A stretch of 64,000 nt of DNA. Origin: Gammaproteobacteria bacterium. GTDB taxonomy: Bacteria > Pseudomonadota > Gammaproteobacteria > CAJXQU01. Below the pieces are notes generated by a model. It was not told the origin of the DNA. It searched no databases and worked only from the letters and a program-made list of their open reading frames with translations. The DNA lies in assembly GCA_965238175.1 (NCBI GenBank), contig CBDEGZ010000003.1, positions 3,136,001 through 3,200,000 of the forward strand. The letters are read 5' to 3'. Within the stretch, counting starts at the first letter, position 1; every line of letters starts with the position of its first letter. The translations under genes and the position numbers were made by a program. Positions 32,533 to 42,707 of the stretch are shown here, piece after piece.

Positions 32533-33315
32533 TTAAAAATCAGAAATCGTCACACTTGAAAGTTTCTTATTACGGATATCATCGACACCTGGTAATAAAG
32601 AAAAAGGCTTAATATCTTGTCCGCAATTACTTTTACGACTTTCGTGAGATTTATACCAACGTTGAATTTCAGGGTAATGACTCAATAAATCAGCACTATC
32701 TGTAAGCGATAGCAAATGGATAACCGTCACCCAATGTACATCTGCAATTGAATATTTATCTAAAACGCAGTCTTTACCACTCACTTGTTTTTCGAACATA
32801 TCAAGGGAAGGTACAAGCTGTGCTTTCGCTTCTGATATAAACGCTTCATTTGATGTAAAACCAGAATCAAACATCGGTCTAACAAGTTGCTCTTGCACAA
32901 TCACATCAACATTCGGTTGAGCTTCAGTGATCGCTACATCTATCCAGTAAGCATGCTCTGCGACTTTCTCGACATGTTTCGGGACGAGTGAGTTACCAAG
33001 TCCTCTAGCATTGATGAATGAAGTAATACCCGTTGCTCCTGAAAGATAGTAATCAGATTCTTTTAAGCTTGGAAAAGTACCAAACTCAAACATGTCCTTA
33101 TACTCATTTGAATTTTGTTCGTCTTCAAGTGTATTCAAAAAACCACTTTCCATTTCCATCCCCTGCTCAGCAGCAATGAGGATGCATTTTAATGTGTCTG
33201 CATTCCATGGCGTTCCCAATAACTGCAACATATATTGATTTTTTTTCATATCACCAGACATTCCATGTGATTCACCATCAGTTCCAACAGGCGCACGTTG
33301 ATCAAATAAATCCAT
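32533..33315 (-). CDS. Glutathione S-transferase-family protein
   Basis: FGTFPSL cis-Pro loop, SIADVH N-cap motif in the C-terminal domain. Confidence 0.75.
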   Translation of the reverse strand: MDLFDQRAPVGTDGESHGMSGDMKKNQYMLQLLGTPWNADTLKCILIAAEQGMEMESGFLNTLEDEQNSNEYKDMFEFGTFPSLKESDYYLSGATGITSFINARGLGNSLVPKHVEKVAEHAYWIDVAITEAQPNVDVIVQEQLVRPMFDSGFTSNEAFISEAKAQLVPSLDMFEKQVSGKDCVLDKYSIADVHWVTVIHLLSLTDSADLLSHYPEIQRWYKSHESRKSNCGQDIKPFSLLPGVDDIRNKKLSSVTISDF

Positions 33316-33351
33316 CTTTTTTATACCTCTTAATTCAATTTATTCTGTTGA

Positions 33352-33987
33352 TTATGCCGATAGCATTGGTAAATATTTAGCCTTTGAATCATCCGACATT
33401 TTGTCCATTAGTCGATTAAGCCAGGCTTCGATATTGGAATATGAGGCTATATCCACTCCGTGTTTTTTTAAAACAATGATAAAAGCAGCAATATTAGGAT
33501 CAGCAAATGATAGCTGTCCTAAAACAAAAGAATTCTTTTCTAACGCATTATTAATGTTTGAAAGAAATGCAGTACACCTGGCTTTACCTTCTTTATTCCT
33601 ATTTCCATCTGCAAGATCCTCTACCACTGGACCTATAGTCTGAAAACAAATATCCATCCATGAATTTTGCTCGCCAAGCAATCGGGCTTTTCTGGGATTT
33701 AATGAGCTACCTGTTCCTCGAAAATCAATATATGCCTGGATCGCACGCGCACCTGTCGTTGAAAATGCACCATGTTTAAGTGTAGGTGCGTTCTCAGAGG
33801 AAGATATCTTCTGATAACTTGATGTATTAATAACTTTCGTATCTGTAGTATCAAACGTAGTTTGTAAGGCTACCCCTTTAATCCCAGCAAGAATCAGGCA
33901 TGACAAAGTAGCTGCCTGATCGCCCACACCAAGAAAATCCATTTCCTGAACACTTGGTTCCTTTTTTTTCCTACTAAAAATACCCAT
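33352..33987 (-). CDS. Divergent GST-family protein
   Basis: APTLKHG…ARAI-x-x-YI, LSFAD, NI-x-AWL-x-RL; paralogous to its neighbour. Confidence 0.7.
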   Translation of the reverse strand: MGIFSRKKKEPSVQEMDFLGVGDQAATLSCLILAGIKGVALQTTFDTTDTKVINTSSYQKISSSENAPTLKHGAFSTTGARAIQAYIDFRGTGSSLNPRKARLLGEQNSWMDICFQTIGPVVEDLADGNRNKEGKARCTAFLSNINNALEKNSFVLGQLSFADPNIAAFIIVLKKHGVDIASYSNIEAWLNRLMDKMSDDSKAKYLPMLSA

Positions 33988-34129
33988 TTTTTATACTCCG
34001 CTTAGTCAGCAAATAAATAATTTCCTGATTATTTATTCAAATTAAAGGCGACAAATCCTAAGTTATATTTATACTTTGGCTTCCGCTTCTTTAACTTGAT
34101 TTTGCGCATTTTAACCAAATATTAAATAC

Positions 34130-34188
34130 TTGAACCTACGTAATAACCCTATAGTTTGTAGCAAAATTATTTTTTATCCGCGGCTCTA
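34130..34188 (+). repeat. Dispersed repeat A, copy 1
   Basis: TTGAACCTACGTAA…CAAAATTATTTTTTATC-x-x-CGGCTCTA, shared with 56051-56095. Confidence 0.7.
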
Positions 34189-34314
34189 AGGAGATCAAGG
34201 GATCATTTAATTATTAGAATTTATGGTAGCGAGCGTTTTCATCAAAAAATTGGTGCAAAATCAAAAAGTCTTTATCACCAAAAAAGACAAACACATGCGT
34301 TTGCTAAAATAGAA

Positions 34315-34930
34315 ATGCTCAGAAATAAAATAGGTAAGGCCGACTCAATGAGCATTACTCGCTATTGCAAACATTTAGTTGATAAGGGCGTTGTTGAAAC
34401 CAGCCTCTTTATACCGAAAGCGCCCACTTTTGAGCATGTACAATTTTTGGTCACTCGTCTAGAACAACTCAACAAAATGAGAAGCAAGAGAAAAATCGTT
34501 TAAGTGTTAGTTTGGATAAAGCTGCCATACGTTCAATTAATTCAATGCTGATTTTTATTGATAAGCAAATTGTGCGTATAAAAAAAGAAATCACCGCTAT
34601 TGTCCATACTGACGAGCATTGATGGTTTTGGTGATAAACGACGTGGCTATCTTTTATATACCCGTATTAATCGTAGCAGCTTATCGAAAATGGGTTGTGC
34701 ACGGTTACGAAAGTCTCTTTATATGCCTGCGCCGGTTGTCGTAAGGTTCAATCCATTGATAACAACTTTCTATAAAAAGCTGCTGATAAAAGGCAAGCCT
34801 AAAAAAGTGATATTAGTTGCTTGTATGCGTAAATTGTTGATGATACTCAATGCGATGGTTAGGGACAATAAACTTTGGAGCCAGCAGCTTGCCCAAGACC
34901 ATTGACCCGTTGATCCCGAACACAGTTAAA
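34315..34930 (+). pseudogene. IS110-family transposase remnant
   Basis: K-x-D motif, LTSIDGFG, SKMG-x-x-RLRKSLYMPA, GKPKKV-x-x-VACMRKLL; fragmented. Confidence 0.85.
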
Positions 34931-34934
34931 TCTA

Positions 34935-35615
34935 TCAAGGATCGAACCGATAACCTACGCCATGGACAGTCAACACAATTTCCGGGAGTTTTGGATTAAT
35001 CTCAACACGCTTACGTAGTTTAGAGATATGCTGGTCCAGTGTGCGGCTACTGGGGAGATAATCGTGCCCCCAACAGACATTAAAGATTTTATCTTTTTCA
35101 ACGACTTTTCCAACGCAGTGATAGAGTAACTGTAATAATTTTATATCTCTAATGCTTAAATCAATCGTTTCGCCTGCTCGGCTTGCACGTAGTTCTTCCG
35201 GGTACACGGTTAAATCTTTCATCACGAATTGCGTAGAATTTGTATCATTCTGCGATAAACAGCGACGTGTAATTGCGCGGATCCTTGCGATGAGTTCGTG
35301 AGTACCAAAGGGTTTTGCAATAAAATCATCGGCACCTAGTTCCAACCCAACAACACGATCTATCTCTTCTGATTTTGCACTGAGAAAGATTACAGGGACC
35401 GTTACATTATGTGTTCGAATTTCTCTGCATACGCTATAACCATCTTTAGCTGGCATCATGATGTCTAATATAATCAGCTCAGGATTTTGTGCATTAAAAT
35501 AGTGTATGGCTTCATCACCATCTTTTGCAGCGATGACTTTATAGCCTTCATCGCTTAATAAAGTGACCAATCCCTCGCGGATATACTGGTCATCTTCGGC
35601 AATTAGTATTTTCAA
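34935..35615 (-). CDS. OmpR-family response regulator
   Basis: AEDD, LDIMMP, GADDFI-x-KPF, winged-helix TVHGVGY. Confidence 0.95.
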   Translation of the reverse strand: MKILIAEDDQYIREGLVTLLSDEGYKVIAAKDGDEAIHYFNAQNPELIILDIMMPAKDGYSVCREIRTHNVTVPVIFLSAKSEEIDRVVGLELGADDFIAKPFGTHELIARIRAITRRCLSQNDTNSTQFVMKDLTVYPEELRASRAGETIDLSIRDIKLLQLLYHCVGKVVEKDKIFNVCWGHDYLPSSRTLDQHISKLRKRVEINPKLPEIVLTVHGVGYRFDP

Positions 35616-37234
35616 TTTGCAACTCCTACCCCAGGTGTATTTAGGGTGACTCTAAAGCAGGCCCCTTCTTCACGGAGTACAAATATCAAATCACCCCCAT
35701 GTGATCTTGATAAGGCACGAGCAATATTGAGCCCAATCCCCGTTCCTGTGACACCATCCTTTAATTGATCACTGATTCGATAAAAGGGTTTGAAGATATT
35801 TTCAGATTCTGCACGCGGGATCCCTTGGCCACGGTCACTGATCTCAATGACAGTTTTCGCATTCTCATACTGATGTACTATCTTTAAGTACCCACCATTG
35901 GCGGCATACTTCTCTACATTGCCAATCAGGTTATTCAAAATTTGTTCGACCGCATCTGGGTCAAAAAAGACACGGGTTGTAATATTGTTCTCATAGATGA
36001 TCTCGACTGTTTTCTTTTGTAGTAAGGGTCTGAAAGTATCCAGTGATTTTTCTATAATGTCGGAAACCAGACCAGGACAGGTCTGAATATTAAGTTGCCC
36101 ACGATCAGCTCGACCAAAGTTCAAAACATTGCTAATCAATCGCGAGAGACGTTGACTTTCTTCCGAGATGACATTGAGATAATGATCAAGCTGTGAATGT
36201 TCATCTGTCAGTTTGTCTTGCATGAGTTCAGCGTACATGCAGACATTGGTCAGTGGCGTCTTTAGCTCATGCGAAACCTGGCTGACGAAATTGACGCGCT
36301 GTTCGGTTAATATTGCGTCGCGTCGATGTTCGCGATAAATATAGAAGGCAATCGCGCTCAAACATAAAATAAAGGTAAAAACTAATAATAAAGAATTTAA
36401 AAGATTCGCTGTCGAACCCAAGGCAAATTTTGGTGCAAAATATTCTAGCTGCCAACTTGCGATAGGCGCACTTAAGTTAAACCGTTGTTGAGGTTCGGCT
36501 TGTAGCGGTGCTTCATACCTTCCCCATTGGTAAATGATCTCACCCTTACTATTGACCAAACGAATACGTTCTTCGATGGGATCGGAAGCACGCGTGTCTG
36601 GGAGCAAGGATATGATATCAGCTTGTAACCGTGCGACATCTAGTTCAGCCCCAATAATTTGGTTCTCATTACCTTGTAACCAAAAAGCCAAATTAAGACC
36701 ATTCCCCCAAAACCAGGTGAACCAGCCATGATTTGTCGGGTTAGTGTCCTTACTTTGTCGCACACCTTTTTGCGTATTTATAAAATACTCGTCTTGAGTA
36801 AAAGATTTTTCTCGCGTTTCATTAAGGCTGGCAGCAGCACGATGAAATTGCTGGGGGTCCTGCCAGATGATTTGGCTACGGGCGATAAAGTCCTGTTCTT
36901 GTTTTGTTAATAGCGTATCGCTTACAGGATCAGTCCGTCTACCATCGGCATCGATAATAAAATGCTGTCGAATAAGAGGAAGGGTTTCCTCTGCGTTTTG
37001 GTACTTACTGGAATTGTTCATACGACTTAGTCGAAGGATAATCTGTTGCTGGTTTTCTTTGATGTATTGCTGAATGTCATTATCAACTTCTATTAATGAC
37101 TTAGTGATTAATTTATTTAAGTGTGTCTCTTGCATGGATTGTTCTTGCGAGACCAGTCGATAAGCAACCCACGACAAAAGCAGTGCGGGCACTAGCACCA
37201 TGGTAAATAAAAGTAGGATCAATCGTTTCTTCAT
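35612..37234 (-). CDS. Sensor histidine kinase
   Basis: Two TMs; SHELKTPL, N-box KYA, D-x-G-x-G, GTGIGL. Confidence 0.95.
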   Translation of the reverse strand: MKKRLILLLFTMVLVPALLLSWVAYRLVSQEQSMQETHLNKLITKSLIEVDNDIQQYIKENQQQIILRLSRMNNSSKYQNAEETLPLIRQHFIIDADGRRTDPVSDTLLTKQEQDFIARSQIIWQDPQQFHRAAASLNETREKSFTQDEYFINTQKGVRQSKDTNPTNHGWFTWFWGNGLNLAFWLQGNENQIIGAELDVARLQADIISLLPDTRASDPIEERIRLVNSKGEIIYQWGRYEAPLQAEPQQRFNLSAPIASWQLEYFAPKFALGSTANLLNSLLLVFTFILCLSAIAFYIYREHRRDAILTEQRVNFVSQVSHELKTPLTNVCMYAELMQDKLTDEHSQLDHYLNVISEESQRLSRLISNVLNFGRADRGQLNIQTCPGLVSDIIEKSLDTFRPLLQKKTVEIIYENNITTRVFFDPDAVEQILNNLIGNVEKYAANGGYLKIVHQYENAKTVIEISDRGQGIPRAESENIFKPFYRISDQLKDGVTGTGIGLNIARALSRSHGGDLIFVLREEGACFRVTLNTPGVGVAN

Positions 37235-37280
37235 AGTAGAGACCGGCTCTTATCGAGCCGGTACGATATTAATAGTGACT

Positions 37281-38624
37281 TTATTTTCGATAGGACTGTC
37301 TGGAAACATCTTCAGTTTTTGCCTTTAATTTTTTGCGACTCACACGCCAATCGTCTTCATCCGTTAATTGATTAGCATCTTTTTCTGCCTCCTGAGATTC
37401 TTCACTCAACTCCTCTGACTCTAGCTCTACCGCATTCAATTGTAAATAATCGCTGACATTATTGAGTGTGGTTTCCGCCCCTTTTATATCGCCTCTATCA
37501 CGAAGTTTAACGGCTCTTTTACTTTCTTCATTGGCTATTTGTTTAACCGTCGAGATAATAACGGGTGTGTTACGGGCTTTCACAACATCTTGCTCGGATT
37601 GGGTAAAGGCAACGGTAGATTGACCCTTTAATTTTTCAAATTGTCCCGTATAAATATTATTGTATGAAACTTCAACATTCGCTACATTACGAATTCTTTC
37701 CACGTTAGTTGCCGGCACCTTTACTTCTAATAGTAGATACTTTTCCTGCTCACTATATAGTTGACCAATGCGTGTTTTGACTTTTTGCCCAAGGATCTCA
37801 GACTCACGACCAATAACACGTAAAGGCTGAATACCTTCAGCACAATGTATTTCAATCACTGCGTCTTTAGCGACAACTGAAAGTGCGTTGGACAATTCAC
37901 GATCAAAAATCGCAATCAAATCCTGCGCATTTTCAGCAAAACTATGATTGCCATCACTGTACCCTGCTAAATCGACCATAAGATCTTCGTTATAGCCAAG
38001 CCCTAAACCGATAGTGGTTACACTGATCCCTTCCTTGCTCAAAGAAAGGCCGAGTTGTCCTAGTTCGCTTGGTGTACTTGGTCCGACGTTAGCCAAGCCA
38101 TCCGACAAAAGGATCACACGATTAACCATTTGTTTGGTTAAGAAATGTCTAACTTCTCCCGCGCCTTTGCTAACACCGGCAAATAGTGCTGTGTTGCCAC
38201 TGCTTTGAATACGACGTACGGCCTTGATAATCGATGGCTTATTATCAACCCGACTAGCTGGCCAAATAACTTCAACGGTATTGTCATAAGCAACAACAGA
38301 AACGATGTCATTACTACGCAAACGTTGAATCGCCAATATAGCTGCTTCTTTAGCTTGTTCCATTTTCTGCCCGCTCATGGAACCAGACTTATCCAGTACG
38401 ATAGCAATATTGACCGGAGGTCTCGCCACAAGGTCTTGTTGTTCGAAACCCGTCAAACCAATCTTTAAGAACACAGTTTGACTACGTTCCGCTAACAATA
38501 CGGGTTGTCCCAGCTCAACATTAAGCCGAACCTTGTTGAGCTCGCTTTTGGCATTAACTTGTGGTGCAACAAATACCAGACTCAAAACTAAAGTTCCGAC
38601 CATGGATGTGAATAACGATTTCAT
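37281..38624 (-). CDS. Exported vWA-domain protein (YfbK-like)
   Basis: Signal peptide from ATG 38624 (AGGAG RBS); MIDAS DKSGS, LLSDG-x-AN-x-G. Confidence 0.88.
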   Translation of the reverse strand: MKSLFTSMVGTLVLSLVFVAPQVNAKSELNKVRLNVELGQPVLLAERSQTVFLKIGLTGFEQQDLVARPPVNIAIVLDKSGSMSGQKMEQAKEAAILAIQRLRSNDIVSVVAYDNTVEVIWPASRVDNKPSIIKAVRRIQSSGNTALFAGVSKGAGEVRHFLTKQMVNRVILLSDGLANVGPSTPSELGQLGLSLSKEGISVTTIGLGLGYNEDLMVDLAGYSDGNHSFAENAQDLIAIFDRELSNALSVVAKDAVIEIHCAEGIQPLRVIGRESEILGQKVKTRIGQLYSEQEKYLLLEVKVPATNVERIRNVANVEVSYNNIYTGQFEKLKGQSTVAFTQSEQDVVKARNTPVIISTVKQIANEESKRAVKLRDRGDIKGAETTLNNVSDYLQLNAVELESEELSEESQEAEKDANQLTDEDDWRVSRKKLKAKTEDVSRQSYRK

Positions 38625-39045
38625 ATTTTTAACTCCTGCATGTGATAAAAGACGAAAAAAGTATAGTGCCATCATCAGTACCAAGGGTGAGATATTCGTT
38701 AGTTAAATGTAAATGTTTTGTAAATATCGAGGATTAGCAGCATACCCCAAAGGGCAATTTTGCGGCGACCCTATATTTTAACTATTTTTCAGCCAAGTTA
38801 GAGCATAAAGGCCCTATATGGAAGCCATACTTTTAGCCAACGGCGAGGGATAAGGGGTGGCCTTGATAAACGGCATTCGACTTTGTACTATACAGACAAT
38901 CAATTAGGCATCAGATCCAATATAGCCGCTACTTTTACGCAAATGATGAGCAAAGCAGGTTTTGTAGCTTACGCCTAAAAAAACATTAACAGACGAATAG
39001 ATTACAGTAAGGGTTAGTCAAAAATTCTGAGCGAAGTAACTTGAA

Positions 39046-39612
39046 ATGAACAAATGGCTAATCTACCTATTTCCACTAATATTTTCCTCAGCTATTGCGC
39101 AGGAATCGCTGCTTGATAATGCTGATTTCGAGGAGCAGCGTAGAGAAATAATCCAAGCGTTTTGTGGTAATCGAGGACAACTAGATTCCTACGTTGAAAC
39201 GATCGATGAGGATGCCACAAGTACCTTTTTCCACAAATACTATTTTGACGCCAGTGGGGTCAAATTGATTAGAGCGATGTGGAACGGCGGCGGATCCGGT
39301 ATTCCGCCTACCTTAACGGACATGTATTTCGACGATAAAAACATCGTGTTGTACGAAGAGTATGAAAGTTCGGACAAATGGTCTGGCGTGGAACAAATGG
39401 AAAATGATTCCACTTTAAAGCAGCTGGAATCTGTCCTGCTCCACAACGACAAGTTAATTGGGTACAAACTAGGCGAGCATGTTATTCAGGTGAAAGGAGA
39501 GGATGCGATATGGGTACTGAGCCCGGTGCTTAGTGGGTCCTCTGCCCTCCTTGGTGAATTTGATCGACAAAGGCTCGAAACTTCATCCTCGGATTTAACC
39601 AAAGAGCCTTAA
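39046..39612 (+). CDS. Hypothetical exported protein
   Basis: Signal peptide MNKWLIYLFPLIFSSAIA. Confidence 0.65.
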   Translation: MNKWLIYLFPLIFSSAIAQESLLDNADFEEQRREIIQAFCGNRGQLDSYVETIDEDATSTFFHKYYFDASGVKLIRAMWNGGGSGIPPTLTDMYFDDKNIVLYEEYESSDKWSGVEQMENDSTLKQLESVLLHNDKLIGYKLGEHVIQVKGEDAIWVLSPVLSGSSALLGEFDRQRLETSSSDLTKEP

Positions 39613-39638
39613 CGTCACCCAAAATATATGGGGATTTC

Positions 39639-40013
39639 CTATTCAGGTTCGATCTGGAAAGTCAGTTCGGTGTTAATAATGCTCTCCGGGGTAAGCCCGT
39701 TTAGCTTGCCAGAGTGAACCCCGGCGAGCGTTAGACTCGCCGTCACTGAAGCGTCTTCAATCGAGTCGAATTGAATAGTGCCTCTTACGTCTGACCAAAA
39801 ATATATCGAAGATAATAAGCCAAATTGGTGAACGCGAATATCGATACTGGGGTGGGGGATGACAATGCGCTCTCCGGCTGTAAACTTTTCAATATTGTCT
39901 ATGCTGATGATTAACATCTTAGGCGGCATAATACTGATGGGATCCAATGCACTATGCCATTCATGCAACAATACAATCGACTCCGCGTTCTCGCTGGATA
40001 TAAAGTGTTTCAT
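39639..40013 (-). CDS. Hypothetical protein
   Basis: 124-aa ORF with AAGGA RBS. Confidence 0.45.
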   Translation of the reverse strand: MKHFISSENAESIVLLHEWHSALDPISIMPPKMLIISIDNIEKFTAGERIVIPHPSIDIRVHQFGLLSSIYFWSDVRGTIQFDSIEDASVTASLTLAGVHSGKLNGLTPESIINTELTFQIEPE

Positions 40014-40057
40014 GACCCTATGTCCTTTTTTAACGAAAAATTCGAGAGAGCATTTAA

Positions 40058-41050
40058 ATGAATATTATCATTTCCTACAGTTTATATAATTCATTTGGTA
40101 GCCATGCATCAATATCGCTGGTTGCTGAACTATTGGAATATGACATGCCCAATTTTGGTGATGCCATACAAGAATTAGATATTACTGTTAATTTTAATCA
40201 TGATGCTCCAGCCAGAAAGACTTTTAAAAAATTACAGGAAGACTTTCACAGTAACTTAGAAAGACTTCCTAAATGTACTTTTTACCGTAAGAAGCAGCGC
40301 CTAAACTTAGAGATTGAAGGTAAATTCACCACAGGTTATGAAATAAAAAGAAGTTGTAATCCACCGATTCAAATCAATCCGATCTGGGTTAAAGCAACTT
40401 TGGAAGAAATCATTACTTTTTCGAGTCTAATTAGACAAAAATTAAAAAAATCGGACAATTTTGACTTTCCTGCTTTCGAAGATTATTTAAATGCAAAACT
40501 TAGCACAATTCCTGATAGCATTGAGGCGCTAGAAAATATTCGTGATACAGTCGTTAAACGACGAAAGGATACTTTTAGTAACCTAGATGATTGGGGAAAA
40601 CTTGGGCTTGATTGGAGCAATTATCATCCAAAAGCGAAAGAGATCGTTCCATTACCAAACCTTTGGAACTGTGCTGATGATTTTTCTCCTAATGGGAATG
40701 ATACTGGCGCAGATACTCTAGAAATATTTAGAAAATGGAATAAACGAAATAGCAATAAATCAGCCCTGCCCTTTCTCTCTAAACTGCTCAATGAGTGGGA
40801 GATTGACATAGCTGCTCCATATCAAAGTAAGTACTCTTCATATACATATTTTCAAACTGTAACGGGTTTAGCATTCGCATCGGCAAAACTAAGAGGAAAA
40901 TGTGAACAAGAATTGAAGGATAAGGCTATTTCTGCAATAAATTATTATCTTGCCTCTATCGAAAATGAAACAGGCTGGGAATATAAAGATGAATGCAAAG
41001 AAAAGTTAAGTATCTCAAAAAAAACAATCGAGGAAATGCCTAACAAGTAA
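40058..41050 (+). CDS. Hypothetical protein (YfeS/MolR-like C-terminal half)
   Basis: FSPNGNDTGAD motif; the 3' end overlaps GCCTAAC. Confidence 0.6.
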   Translation: MNIIISYSLYNSFGSHASISLVAELLEYDMPNFGDAIQELDITVNFNHDAPARKTFKKLQEDFHSNLERLPKCTFYRKKQRLNLEIEGKFTTGYEIKRSCNPPIQINPIWVKATLEEIITFSSLIRQKLKKSDNFDFPAFEDYLNAKLSTIPDSIEALENIRDTVVKRRKDTFSNLDDWGKLGLDWSNYHPKAKEIVPLPNLWNCADDFSPNGNDTGADTLEIFRKWNKRNSNKSALPFLSKLLNEWEIDIAAPYQSKYSSYTYFQTVTGLAFASAKLRGKCEQELKDKAISAINYYLASIENETGWEYKDECKEKLSISKKTIEEMPNK

Positions 41051-41078
41051 AGTAAGAACAGGCCTACATCACATCCAT

Positions 41079-41480
41079 TTACTGAAGAGTTTTATACCAT
41101 GGAGCTTCACTAATAAGCCCTGTCATCGAATTAGCCTTTAGGCCAGTCATGGCCTTTTTTTCTTTGAGACGAGTTAATATTTCATCGTTGCTAATTTTGG
41201 TTGCCTTATCAAAAATATCTACAACATTGTTTAGAATGAAAAGAAAGTTTGCGGTTGTTAGTAAAACATCAACTTCTTCCGCGATTAAGTAACTTTCCGA
41301 CAGACGTAGGAAATAAAATCTTTTATCATCATAAAATTGAACAAGTGTATCGCAAGAAAATTTTTCTAAGTGCAACTTTGCATCTTTAAAATCTAATTTG
41401 TGATTTGAATTGACAATATTTACAAGGCATTTTCCTATTTTTGATTTTTCCTCAAATGAAATTTCTCTATTTTTTTTCAT
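41079..41480 (-). CDS. Putative immunity protein of orphan Rhs toxin
   Basis: Intact low-GC ORF 3 nt downstream of the toxin-tip stop codon. Confidence 0.6.
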   Translation of the reverse strand: MKKNREISFEEKSKIGKCLVNIVNSNHKLDFKDAKLHLEKFSCDTLVQFYDDKRFYFLRLSESYLIAEEVDVLLTTANFLFILNNVVDIFDKATKISNDEILTRLKEKKAMTGLKANSMTGLISEAPWYKTLQ

Positions 41481-41483
41481 TGC

Positions 41484-42120
41484 TTATTTAATCACGTTAA
41501 TCTTTGTAAATGAACTACTACTCTTGCTCCCAGTCCATCCATTACCATATACATGGTAAGTTCTGATTTTTGGGTGTTTCCCACCAAAAGATACTACCGT
41601 TAACTCGTTGGTTTTTGTATTTAGGTATCCAGTGTTCTTAAAGCCATCACTATTAGTATAGCTAAAGATTTTGTCAGCACTTTTAACGTTGTCACGGGAC
41701 ATTTTTTTCATAATGTCTTCGAGAGATTGCTCCAACTTCATCTCCATGTTTTACATAATGATCTTTAACTCCTTAACCTTCAGAATTATTTTGGGATTTG
41801 CTAACCCATTTAGCCTTCTTTGCGACGAGCCCTTGACGTTTTGGACAAACCGCCAGCCCCAGCGGATCAATCCAAGCGTTAGAGTTGTGAACATAGGCTT
41901 GAGGCCTGGGTCCGCCCTCGAGGCCTATCGGGTCGGGGGAGAAGTAGCTGCTTGTTTCGGGGTCGCAGTAGCGGTATCGATTGTGGTGGAGGCCGCTTTC
42001 TTTGTCAAAATATTGACCAGAAAAACGTAAGGGACAATCGATTTGGTTGTCGTTGGCGGGCGTTCGGGCCAGTGTTCGGTTCTCTCCATCGCGCCCCAGA
42101 GCCAAGTTTGCCTTGAACAA
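41484..42120 (-). pseudogene. Orphan Rhs core plus C-terminal toxin (H-Y-x-K-H-G motif), inactivated
   Basis: LRFSGQYFD-x-ESGLHHN…DPIGL-x-GG…DPLG; in-frame TAA at 41773 then GVKDHYVKHGDEVG; +1 frameshift in the T7 run at 41702-41708. Confidence 0.8.
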
Positions 42121-42144
42121 CTACACTACATAAGTATTTTTTGG

Positions 42145-42573
42145 TCAACTAGCAACAACAAATGTCTCGCCGTTATCGTAACGCAAAATAACTGGTAAAC
42201 TATCTGCAAACAAAATAGAAAAATCGTTCCCCTTTTTGTATGCTCCTTTAATTATCTTGTTTTCAAAATTAAGTATAGAGGATATTTCTATATATTTTTG
42301 GCCAGAAAATAAATCTTCTCCTTCATCTGGGGTGCCCTTTTCCCAAAACAAAACTTCCTCATCAATAAAAAATCTAAAAAAAGTCCCTGAAACATTAATA
42401 TAGAAAACATCCATGGAACCAAATATGTCAGTTCCAACGCCAATTAACTGGTTACAAGTTTCTCCCTCGATTTCATTTATACTGGTCTCATAAGTTTGTC
42501 GAACAATATCGATCATCGTATGGGCATTGATTAAGGCTAAAAATCCAGAGTCATCAGTTATTTTGCACTTCAT
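42145..42573 (-). CDS. Putative orphan immunity protein
   Basis: Low-GC acidic ORF in the Rhs debris field (RFFID-x-x-VLFW). Confidence 0.5.
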   Translation of the reverse strand: MKCKITDDSGFLALINAHTMIDIVRQTYETSINEIEGETCNQLIGVGTDIFGSMDVFYINVSGTFFRFFIDEEVLFWEKGTPDEGEDLFSGQKYIEISSILNFENKIIKGAYKKGNDFSILFADSLPVILRYDNGETFVVAS

Positions 42574-42707
42574 GATTTTTGATTTTATTAATAATTTATA
42601 CCAGTTTTAGATTATTCGTTTTTAGGTAATGATTGTTTTATATATACCATGTCGCGAATTCATACAATAAGTGCAATTCCTTTGAATAAAAAAGAGGCTG
42701 GAAAATG

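Noticed and set aside
34190-34315. Possible IS110 bridge-RNA region
   Set aside because: Element is heavily decayed and I cannot see a supportable structure; needs a covariance-model search.
38740-41080. Weaker motif look-alikes (GTCACCC, GCGACCC, TGACCC, ATCACATCC) near gene ends
   Set aside because: Too short and degenerate to separate from chance.
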